This document shows, one piece after another, positions 9,301 to 16,091 of a stretch of 28,014 nt of DNA. The notes beneath the pieces were generated by a model. The model had not been told where the DNA came from and did not search any database. It saw only the letters and a program-made list of their open reading frames with translations. The DNA comes from a bacterium (GTDB lineage Bacteria > UBA6262 > WVXT01): assembly GCA_046759165.1 (NCBI GenBank), contig JBHIBS010000021.1, positions 1 to 28,014 of the forward strand, given 5' to 3'. The position numbers and the translations under genes were made by a program. Within the stretch, counting starts at the first letter, position 1. Every line of letters begins with the position of its first letter.

Positions 9301-9700
9301 TGCACATACGAACACAGAGTCCACAAAGAATACAGTCCTCATTCTTTTTGGGAAACCGATTTTCTTTCACACCTAATTCTTCAGCTACTTCTTTGATTTT
9401 TTCTGAATCTGGACAGCGGGCTAATAAAAGTTCAACCATTATCTTTCTTGTTTTTATCACCCTTTCCGTATCCGTATGCACTACCAATCCATCACAACAG
9501 GGATAAAGACAAGAAGCCTGAATTTTCGATTTACCACCCTCACTTATCTCCACAAGACAGAGTCGGCAGGCGCCGTACGGCGTTAAAGCTTTGTGATAAC
9601 ACAGAGTTGGTATCTTTATTCCCAGTTCTTGGGCCGCTTCAAGTACAGTTGTTCCTTCTTTTACACTAACTTGTTGATTATTAATAGTTAAATTTATCAT
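6386..9700 (-). CDS. Fusion of NuoG/HydA-type N-terminal Fe-S domains with an N-terminally truncated double-module HdrA
   Basis: N-terminus: IPTLCY, GACRLCLVE, ASC, CILCGLCVRMC, CLGCGACEFICP. Then HdrA from YPQAVP onward: EFERILSASGP, QCVGSRD, RIGVFVCHCG, ACTPRTHE, GGGIAG, YCSRVCC, and two C-terminal CxxCxxCxxxCP motifs. Confidence 0.92.
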   Translation of the reverse strand: MINLTINNQQVSVKEGTTVLEAAQELGIKIPTLCYHKALTPYGACRLCLVEISEGGKSKIQASCLYPCCDGLVVHTDTERVIKTRKIMVELLLARCPDSEKIKEVAEELGVKENRFPKKNEDCILCGLCVRMCKEKMGAAIVGFAQRGIKRKVIPPFEQNSPICLGCGACEFICPMGSMKAKNNCSEEIRILPSEFDWGVGPRPVINILYPQAVPNTPVIDKERCIYLSRGVCQVCKEFCGPEAIDFDQKEQIEEINVGAVIVGAGYDRFNPLRRLEYGYGEFPNVLTSPEFERILSASGPFRGHLQRPSDKKEPKRIAFIQCVGSRDVECNPYCSAVCCMYAIKEAVVAKEHAGKDLVTDIYYMDIRAFGKGFDRYYERAKTEYGVNYIPCRSPQVERANGSDDLLIKFVTDNGKFGKEIYDLVVLSTGLVPPPQIKKLKEILGLRLNKYNFIETYEFFKENTIQESDGIARQGIYVCGAIAEPKDIPETIIQGSATAGKVSALLSEARGSLVEEKTYPEQIDVSEKEPRIGVFVCHCGINIGGVVDVKEVVKFTKALPNVAYCEDNLYTCSQDTQGIIKERIKEHQLNRIVIAACTPRTHEPLFQDTIREAGLNPYLLEFVSTREHCSWVHMYEKQEATRKAKELVAMAVAKACLLKPLTRSAFPVNKKGLVIGGGIAGMTASLSLAEQGFEVYLVEKEKELGGNLRHLYFSLNGANPQALLKEMIEKVESNKNIHIYKNAKIIEFGGYVGNYKTTIETESIITNTNNEQRTANYELEHGIVIVATGAEERKTSEYFYGQDERIITQRELEQKIVNEELRTTTNELRNIVMIQCVGSREGDDLYCSRVCCSQAIKNALKIKEINPNINIFVLYRDIRTYGFKEEYYQKAREEGVTFIRYELESKPEVKIQPPDNAKRTTQNTLQVTVFDPILNERIEINPDILVLSTGIVQGNENGELTKLLKVPLNEDKFFLEAHIKLRPVDFSTDGTFLAGLAHSPKFVDETISQAWAAAGRAATLLSKDKIQATGRTVRVIERLCAGCGICVDVCPYEAREIDEETTKAKVIELLCQGCGVCVASCPNGASQQYGFEKKQLLQAVDALL

Positions 9701-10116
9701 TCGCTTTTTTTATGTTCAAAGATAAACTTTATCTCTGGATGGGCTACTGTTAAAATCTTCATAGTCTCTTTCATATTTCCTAAAGGTCTTCTATCCGGAT
9801 GACTTAACTTAAAAGTAGCCATAATCGTTGTCCCTTTACCAACTTCTGATTCTATCTCTAATTTACCTCCACTTTCCTCAGCCGCTTGAGCCAGAAGGGG
9901 AAGTCCTAATCCTACTTTCTTGGTAGTCTTGGTAGTAAAAAACGGATCTAAAGATTTCTTAATCATCTCCTCATCCATTCCCTTACCATCATCCTTGATT
10001 TTAACTGTCAATAGATCTTCTTTTATATTTTCAATGATGCTTATTTCAATCTTTTTAGCCTGCGCAACAATAGAATTTTCTACTATATCTAAAATATGTA
10101 AAGATAAATCCTCCAT
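9697..10116 (-). CDS. Stand-alone HATPase_c (GHKL) kinase-like protein of the hydrogenase-operon type
   Basis: LHILDIVENSI, DDGKGM, DPFFTTK, GLGLPLL, GKGT. Confidence 0.88.
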   Translation of the reverse strand: MEDLSLHILDIVENSIVAQAKKIEISIIENIKEDLLTVKIKDDGKGMDEEMIKKSLDPFFTTKTTKKVGLGLPLLAQAAEESGGKLEIESEVGKGTTIMATFKLSHPDRRPLGNMKETMKILTVAHPEIKFIFEHKKSE

Positions 10117-10854
10117 CTATCGTTTAACCATTCTACCATCTCTATTCAGTAATGCTTTGCCTATTTCATCAACCGTTGCTTCTTCTATAACAAAACAAGT
10201 AACGGATCTGCCTATGTCCTCTAAATAATGTGCATCAGAAAAAGTAACCAAGGGAAAACCATAACTTTCATAATTCCTCGTTCTTAACGGGGTGCGCAGT
10301 TCATAATTCGGAGATAGTTCTAAAGCATCCAAATCTAATCCTTCGGGAATAAAGCCTAATTGACTAATAATACTGAAAGTTTCCTTATCAATATGGGAGG
10401 CAATGGCTAAACCTCCTAAACGGTGAACTAACTTTACAATCTCATCAACAGAGAGACTGGTTGCTCCTATTAATAACTTTTTATTATATCCAATTATCTT
10501 GTCATATTGATCTACAACTAATTGTTCTCCAAAAGCCTCCTGATTATTTTCACCAGATAAATTTTCATAAATGAGATTCTGTATTTCCTGTAGATTTATA
10601 TCATTAAAAAAAGCCAGAATGTGTACTTCTTCTCGAGAAGTTATTTCAAGCCCTCCTAAAACTTGTAATCCTTCTCTTTCTCCTGCCTTTTCTACTGCTT
10701 CCACATTTTCTGCTGAATTGTGGTCACATATCCCAATCACATTCAGATTCCGTTTCTTTGCCTGTTTAATTATTACTGTAGGTAACATCTTTAAATCACC
10801 ACAGGGAGAAAGACACGTATGGATATGTAAATCCACCTTAAACTCCTTTAACAT
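10117..10854 (-). CDS. PHP-domain phosphoesterase
   Basis: DLHIHTCLSPC, ICDHN, EVHIL, ASHID, SDAH. Confidence 0.9.
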   Translation of the reverse strand: MLKEFKVDLHIHTCLSPCGDLKMLPTVIIKQAKKRNLNVIGICDHNSAENVEAVEKAGEREGLQVLGGLEITSREEVHILAFFNDINLQEIQNLIYENLSGENNQEAFGEQLVVDQYDKIIGYNKKLLIGATSLSVDEIVKLVHRLGGLAIASHIDKETFSIISQLGFIPEGLDLDALELSPNYELRTPLRTRNYESYGFPLVTFSDAHYLEDIGRSVTCFVIEEATVDEIGKALLNRDGRMVKR

Positions 10855-10860
10855 TATTCT

Positions 10861-11199
10861 TCATCCAGAAATACCCAAGCTATATAATTTACCAATTAGT
10901 TCAAAAGCAGGCATCTTGCTTACCATAATTGGTATATTTTCACTTTCTGCTCTTTTAACAGTTTCTTCCTCTGGCTCTCTGCCGTTTATTATCACAATTC
11001 CAGATAACTCTTTCATACCGGCCACAGCAACAATATTTTGATGAACTTGCAGTGTAATCCAGAGATCACCCTTGTTGGTATTGGCAATCACATCGCTTAG
11101 AAGATCACTAGCATACCCGCTATTTATCTCCCTATCCAGTTTATTAGCTCCACATCTGATTTCTAAATTTAACTTCTCGATTATTTCTTTCAATTTCAT
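10861..11199 (-). CDS. DRTGG-domain protein (HPr kinase N-terminal-like)
   Basis: GYASDLLSDV, LWITLQ. Start placed at MKLKEI (GAGGTGG SD); the ORF track starts at 11223. Confidence 0.82.
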   Translation of the reverse strand: MKLKEIIEKLNLEIRCGANKLDREINSGYASDLLSDVIANTNKGDLWITLQVHQNIVAVAGMKELSGIVIINGREPEEETVKRAESENIPIMVSKMPAFELIGKLYSLGISG

Positions 11200-11223
11200 T
11201 TTCCACCTCGCTTTGCTCGACAT

Positions 11224-12141
11224 TTAACCAGTTTTCATGTCAATGCTAATTTCTAAATGTGTTCCTTTCCCTATGGTTGAAGTGATATCCATCTTATCAG
11301 CACATTTCTGAATATTATTCAATCCCATCCCAGCTCCAAAACCAAGTTCTCTGACCCAATCCGGAGCAGTTGAATAACCAGGTTCAAGAGCTTTTTCTAT
11401 ATCAGGAATACCCGGACCAGAATCTTTCACATCAATATGAATTTTATCAGGTTGCACCGCAACTACCATCTCTCCGCCTTCAGTGTAAATGAGTAGATTC
11501 ATCTCTGCTTCATAAGATGAAATAGCTGTTCGACGGACAATATCTGGATGAATACCAAGCCGTTTCAAAGTTCTTTTAAGTGCGCTGGTAACCTCGCCTG
11601 CCTGGTTAAAATCTTTACCTTTCACACAATATTGAAAAATTAAAGTGGTCTTATCTGCTATAATATCTTCAAAGATATGGCTTGCTCGGTAACGATGAAT
11701 CTCTTCTTCGTGATAATCAATCTCTAACTCTCGAAGTAATCCCTCAATAATATCACCTTTAGTGATTATTCCCGCCAGTCTCCCGTCTTTCCTGTCAATT
11801 ACTGGAAAACGGCCAAAGCCAGTTTGCTCAAGTTTGCTAACTGCATGAACTAAAGGTTCATCTGCATACAAAGTTTTAACGTCTGGAGTCATCTTTTTCT
11901 CTATTAGGCAATCTTTTCCTCCTTCTGCCAGCCACTTAATAAAATCTTCAATACTTATGATTCCTACTAATTTATCTTCGTTCATTACAGGAGTTCCTGA
12001 TATACGATTGGAACGCAATATCTCTCTTAATTCACTCATCAGCATCTGGGGTTTAACAGTAATTACATTCTGTTTCATTACATCACTTACTTTTAATTCA
12101 TATATTAATTCCTCAACTTTAGTAAACTTTTTTTCGTTCAT
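11224..12141 (-). CDS. CBS-pair domain fused to an RsbT/anti-sigma-type Ser/Thr kinase (HATPase) domain
   Basis: CBS motifs (ISGTPV, LVGIIS, FGRFPV, GIITKGD), then YEAEMN, DSGPGIPDI, GYST, GFGAGMGL. Start uncertain (12141, 12180 or 12225). Confidence 0.85.
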   Translation of the reverse strand: MNEKKFTKVEELIYELKVSDVMKQNVITVKPQMLMSELREILRSNRISGTPVMNEDKLVGIISIEDFIKWLAEGGKDCLIEKKMTPDVKTLYADEPLVHAVSKLEQTGFGRFPVIDRKDGRLAGIITKGDIIEGLLRELEIDYHEEEIHRYRASHIFEDIIADKTTLIFQYCVKGKDFNQAGEVTSALKRTLKRLGIHPDIVRRTAISSYEAEMNLLIYTEGGEMVVAVQPDKIHIDVKDSGPGIPDIEKALEPGYSTAPDWVRELGFGAGMGLNNIQKCADKMDITSTIGKGTHLEISIDMKTG

Positions 12142-12143
12142 TT

Positions 12144-12173
12144 GGATTAGCTCCGATAAATCGGAGCTACTCC
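12144..12173. repeat. REP-like hairpin capped by GGAGTAGC (minus strand)
   Basis: ggattagctccgat-aa-atcggagctactcc; overlaps the upstream gene's TAG stop. Confidence 0.65.
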
Positions 12174-12520
12174 TTTTCATCGCAACCAGGTAATCCTCTT
12201 TTGTACAATCGACCACAGGATTCATACATAGAGAATTTAGTCGCCAAAAGAGGCATCTCTTTCTCCCTGGCTAATTTTATTGTATCATTTTGAGGTTTTT
12301 TACCGCGAACAAAACAGATGGCAACTACCTCAGACATTTCTGCGGTACGAATAACCTGAGGGTTGGTTAGTCCAGTCAGTAATAAAGAGTTTGACTTAAT
12401 AAATGCTAATACATCACTCATCAAATCAGAACCACAAGCCATCTTTATTTCTTTATCTAAGTAATCACCTCCAACGATTACTTCTGCTTCAAGAATCTTT
12501 TTTATCTCTTTTAGTTTCAT
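12167..12520 (-). CDS. DRTGG-domain protein
   Basis: ACGSDLMSDVLAF, LLTGLTN, FVRGK. Start placed at MKLKEI; the longer track ORF runs into a repeat element. Confidence 0.85.
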   Translation of the reverse strand: MKLKEIKKILEAEVIVGGDYLDKEIKMACGSDLMSDVLAFIKSNSLLLTGLTNPQVIRTAEMSEVVAICFVRGKKPQNDTIKLAREKEMPLLATKFSMYESCGRLYKRGLPGCDEKE

Positions 12521-12527
12521 TGTTCCT

Positions 12528-12579
12528 TGGAGTAGCAGACCTGGGTCTGCGTGGACGCAAAACAAGTTTCGCTACTCCA
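12528..12579. repeat. Inverted REP-like doublet (GTAG type)
   Basis: tggagtagc...gctactcca termini enclosing hairpins gcagac-ctgg-gtctgc and gcaaaac-aa-gtttcgc. Confidence 0.7.
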
Positions 12580-12617
12580 GACCTTAATTTCAGTGAAGTT
12601 AGTGTTCTCAGTGGTTT

Positions 12618-14408
12618 CTATTCTATTATCACTGCATCAAACTTACAGATTTCAAAACAGACACCGCATTTGATACATTTTTCTTGTTCAATTCTATGTG
12701 GTTTTTTTCTCTCTCCTGTAATTGCCTCCTGAGGACAGTTCTTTAAACAAAGAAGACATCCAGTACATTTTCTCTCATCAATTAGATATTTTATCAGAGT
12801 TGTACACACTCCAGCTGGACATTTCTTTTCCTTTATATGGGCTTCGTATTCACTCTTAAAATAACGGGTAGTACTCAAAACAGGATTGGGTGCAGTTCCT
12901 CCCAGAGCACAGAGAGAACCATCTTTTACTGCTTGACCTAATTCTTCAAGTAATTCAATATCAGATTCTTTTCCTTTTCCTTCACATATATTGGTTAACA
13001 TTTGATACATCGCCTCAATTCCTTCCCGACAGGAAGTGCACTTGCCGCAGGATTCACCTCTTAAGAAATCAAGGAAATATTTTGCTATATCAACCATACA
13101 GGTATCTTCATCCATAACAATCATTCCCCCAGAACCCATGATTGATCCTGCTTCAGTCAATCGCTCATAATCTATAGGTAAATCGAGCAATTCTTCTGGA
13201 ATACATCCACCCGAAGGACCACCAGTCTGTACTGCTTTAAACTTCTTATCATTAGGAGTTCCACCACCAATATCAAAGACGATTTCACGCATAGTAATAC
13301 CCATTGGAACTTCTACCAGGCCGGTATTTTTCACTTTACCAACAAGAGAGAATACCTTGGTTCCTTTACTGGTTTCTGTCCCTATACTGGAAAACCATTT
13401 GGCTCCCCGGTTAATTATCTGGGGAACATTAGCCCATGTCTCTACATTATTGATATTAGTCGGTTTGCCATTGTATCCCGATTGTGCTGGAAATGGCGGC
13501 CTTATCCTGGGTTCAGGCGTTCTTCCTTCCAGTGAACCAATTAAAGAAGTTTCCTCCCCAGAGACAAATGCCCCTGCTCCTCGCTGTACAGTAATATCAA
13601 AATTAAAACCAGTGCCAAGTATATCCTCCCCTAATAAACCATACTCCCGTGCCTGTTCAATAGCATTTATTAATCTCTTTAATGCCAGAGGATATTCATT
13701 TCTGATATATACAAAACCATGGGATGCTCCGATGGCATAAGCGCCAATTATCATTCCTTCTAAGACAGAATGTGGGTCAGATTCAATAATAGACCTATCC
13801 ATAAATGCCCCTGGATCACCTTCATCCCCATTGCAAATTATGTATTTTTCTTCACCGGGAGAGTTTCTACAGAATTCCCATTTCCTACCAGTAGGAAAAC
13901 CAGCCCCTCCTCTGCCACGTAAACCAGAGTCCTTGGTTTCTTTTATTATCTGTTCTGGAGTCATAGAAGTAAGTGCCTTTACCAATGCCCTGTATCCACC
14001 ACGAGCAATAGATTCATCTATTTTTTCAGGGTCTATTAACCCACGATTCCTTAAAGCAATTAACTGCTGTTTGGAGAAAAAATCGATATCGCTCATCTTA
14101 GGTATGGGCATTTCTTTTTCTGGAGGGGTATACATCAATTTTTTTACTGGTCTTCCTTTCAAGAAATGTTCCTCTACCAGATGAGGAATATCTTTTTCGG
14201 TAAGCATCTGATAAAAAATTCCTTCTGGCTGGACTACCATGATTGGTCCCTGAGCACAAAAACCATTGCAGCCAGTCATTACAATCTGTATTTCATCCTG
14301 AAGGTTATGCTTTTTAATTTCTACTTCAAGTGCTTCTTTTATCTTAAAAGATTTATTTGAGACACAACCAGTGCCTGCACAAACCATCAGGTGAGTTCTA
14401 TATGCCAT
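12618..14408 (-). CDS. NuoF/HydB-type FMN/NAD-binding subunit with extra N-terminal [2Fe-2S] and C-terminal 2x[4Fe-4S]
   Basis: CAGTGC...CNGFC, GLRGRGGAGFPTG, DEGDPGAFMDR, GEETSL, NNVET, GGPSGG, ESCGKCTSCREG, HIKEKKCPAGVC, two CxxCxxCxxxC. Confidence 0.95.
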   Translation of the reverse strand: MAYRTHLMVCAGTGCVSNKSFKIKEALEVEIKKHNLQDEIQIVMTGCNGFCAQGPIMVVQPEGIFYQMLTEKDIPHLVEEHFLKGRPVKKLMYTPPEKEMPIPKMSDIDFFSKQQLIALRNRGLIDPEKIDESIARGGYRALVKALTSMTPEQIIKETKDSGLRGRGGAGFPTGRKWEFCRNSPGEEKYIICNGDEGDPGAFMDRSIIESDPHSVLEGMIIGAYAIGASHGFVYIRNEYPLALKRLINAIEQAREYGLLGEDILGTGFNFDITVQRGAGAFVSGEETSLIGSLEGRTPEPRIRPPFPAQSGYNGKPTNINNVETWANVPQIINRGAKWFSSIGTETSKGTKVFSLVGKVKNTGLVEVPMGITMREIVFDIGGGTPNDKKFKAVQTGGPSGGCIPEELLDLPIDYERLTEAGSIMGSGGMIVMDEDTCMVDIAKYFLDFLRGESCGKCTSCREGIEAMYQMLTNICEGKGKESDIELLEELGQAVKDGSLCALGGTAPNPVLSTTRYFKSEYEAHIKEKKCPAGVCTTLIKYLIDERKCTGCLLCLKNCPQEAITGERKKPHRIEQEKCIKCGVCFEICKFDAVIIE

Positions 14409-14418
14409 TCAACACTCC

Positions 14419-14802
14419 TTATGATACCCGCTCACTTCCTATAGCCAGAGCGTGCTCAGTAACCATCTTGCCACCTATAACATGTTCAGAAAATATTTTT
14501 TCAACTTTTTTTTCAGTTAAATCAACATATTTAACCGGTGTTTCTCCCTTCAGTTCTACTGTAGCCATAGGCTCGCGGCTACAAAGCCCAGCACATCCTG
14601 AAGTGGTAAGAATAACATCTTTAACTTTGGCCTTTTCTATCCGGGCTAAAAAAGCGCTCATTATTTTCCGTGCACCAGCAGCTATACCACAAGTTCCCAT
14701 ATGCACTGTAATCTTAGCTCGTCCAGCTCCTTCACGTAGTATGGTCACTGCTCTCATTTTTTCACTGATTTTTTCTAAATCCTCTGGCTTTAACTTCGCC
14801 AT
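14419..14802 (-). CDS. Thioredoxin-like [2Fe-2S] ferredoxin (HndB/HydD-like)
   Basis: VHMGTCGIAAGAR and SGCAGLCSREP. Confidence 0.9.
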   Translation of the reverse strand: MAKLKPEDLEKISEKMRAVTILREGAGRAKITVHMGTCGIAAGARKIMSAFLARIEKAKVKDVILTTSGCAGLCSREPMATVELKGETPVKYVDLTEKKVEKIFSEHVIGGKMVTEHALAIGSERVS

Positions 14803-14848
14803 CTTACATCCCCTTTAAGAAACCAGCAATAAAATATCAACGAAAATC

Positions 14849-14907
14849 TCTGGAGTCCTTGCGAAAGCAAGGTCGATTACATCCCTCCCTTTCGGGAGGA
14901 CTCCAGA
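14849..14907. repeat. Symmetric double-hairpin element
   Basis: tctggagt-[ccttgc gaaa gcaagg]-11 nt-[cctccc tttc gggagg]-actccaga. Confidence 0.75.
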
Positions 14908-14983
14908 CCCTTCCACCTTAAGAAATTCCTCAGCGATGAACCAGATGTCCTTTTTCTTCTGGTTTCTCCACTCTGGTTACTGG

Positions 14984-15901
14984 TTACTTTGTTTTGTATT
15001 TCTCGATTATTTTGGGAATTTTTGCTTGGTTCATTCTTCCGTATAGGTCTTCATTGACCGTGACTACCGGAGCAAGGCCACAACAGCCCAAACAGCGCAC
15101 TGCTTCTAAACTGAAATTTAGATCAGCGGTAGTCTCGCCAGATTTAATTCCCAAATCACGTTCAAGCCTTTCTAAGATCTTCTGACCACCTCTTACATGG
15201 CAGGCTGTACCGAGACAAACACTGATGATATATTTTCCTCTGGGAATAAGACTGAAGGCATTATAAAAAGTGGCTATATTATATACTTGACTTAAAGGAA
15301 CATTTAATTTACTGGCTACAAACTTAAGCATATTCTCTGGTAAATAGCGATATTCTATATTAATATCCTGTAGGATAGGTACTAGGGATTCTATTTTAGG
15401 TTTATTTTCACTTAGAATTCTGTTAATTTTTTCTTTATCTTCTTTTTCGAATTTTATTTCATCTTCCTTTCTTTCCTGTAAATACGGTATGTTTCTTACC
15501 GGACAATTATTTACACAAACACCGCAGCCGGTACATTTCTCTTCATTTACAAATCTCGGCTTTTTCTTTAAAGTAATAACAAAATTGCCTGGCTCACCCT
15601 GTATCTTTTCGAATTCAGAATAAGTAATCAGTTGAATATTGGGATGCCTCCCGGTATCCACAAGTTTCGGTGAAAGAAGACACATTGCGCAGTCATTAGT
15701 AGGAAATGTTTTATCCAGCTGAGCCATCACTCCGCCAATTGAAGGTTTTTCTTCTACTAAATAGACCTTAAACCCTATCTCCGCTAAATCAAGTGAGGCC
15801 TGAATACCTGCTATTCCACCGCCAACAACTGCCACCGCACCAATTTTCGTTGTGCGGTGGAGATTGTGTTTTGTGCGTAACTCATTCTTAGTACCTTCCA
15901 T
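14984..15901 (-). CDS. Fusion of the HdrA N-terminal segment with NuoE/HydC
   Basis: VVGGGIAG, DKTFPTNDCAMCLLSPK, CTGCGVCVNNCP, followed by LVPILQDI, ATFYNAF, CLGTACHVRG, RCLGCCGLAP. Confidence 0.93.
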   Translation of the reverse strand: MEGTKNELRTKHNLHRTTKIGAVAVVGGGIAGIQASLDLAEIGFKVYLVEEKPSIGGVMAQLDKTFPTNDCAMCLLSPKLVDTGRHPNIQLITYSEFEKIQGEPGNFVITLKKKPRFVNEEKCTGCGVCVNNCPVRNIPYLQERKEDEIKFEKEDKEKINRILSENKPKIESLVPILQDINIEYRYLPENMLKFVASKLNVPLSQVYNIATFYNAFSLIPRGKYIISVCLGTACHVRGGQKILERLERDLGIKSGETTADLNFSLEAVRCLGCCGLAPVVTVNEDLYGRMNQAKIPKIIEKYKTK

Positions 15902-15932
15902 TTTTTTCTAATTTATACCTATTCCTTTCTTA

Positions 15933-15957
15933 GGAGTAGCATAAATTATAATTATGC
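15933..15957. repeat. REP-like hairpin capped by GGAGTAGC
   Basis: ggagta-gcataa-attataa-ttatgc; taggagt at 15931 is also inverse to actccta at 16025-16031. Confidence 0.45.
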
Positions 15958-16091
15958 CCTAAAGTTCTTCCCATTATTTAGACAGTACGGGGTTAAAGAC
16001 CGCAAAGGAACTAAACCAATCCCAACTCCTACAAAGATTAGATTCTTGCCTTTCATCTGAAGTAAAGGAAACCCGTTACCATTTCTTAGTC

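Noticed and set aside
6386-9700. [FeFe]-hydrogenase or formate dehydrogenase alpha subunit
   Set aside because: Only the N-terminal Fe-S domains match; no H-cluster or molybdopterin motifs follow, and the remainder is HdrA.
12521-12565. N-terminal extension of the DRTGG protein given in the ORF track
   Set aside because: It is translated repeat element; the paralogue starts at the equivalent MKLKEI.
12618-15901. Respiratory complex I nuoEF
   Set aside because: No membrane or NuoBCD subunits nearby, and the domain layout is HydB/HydC type.
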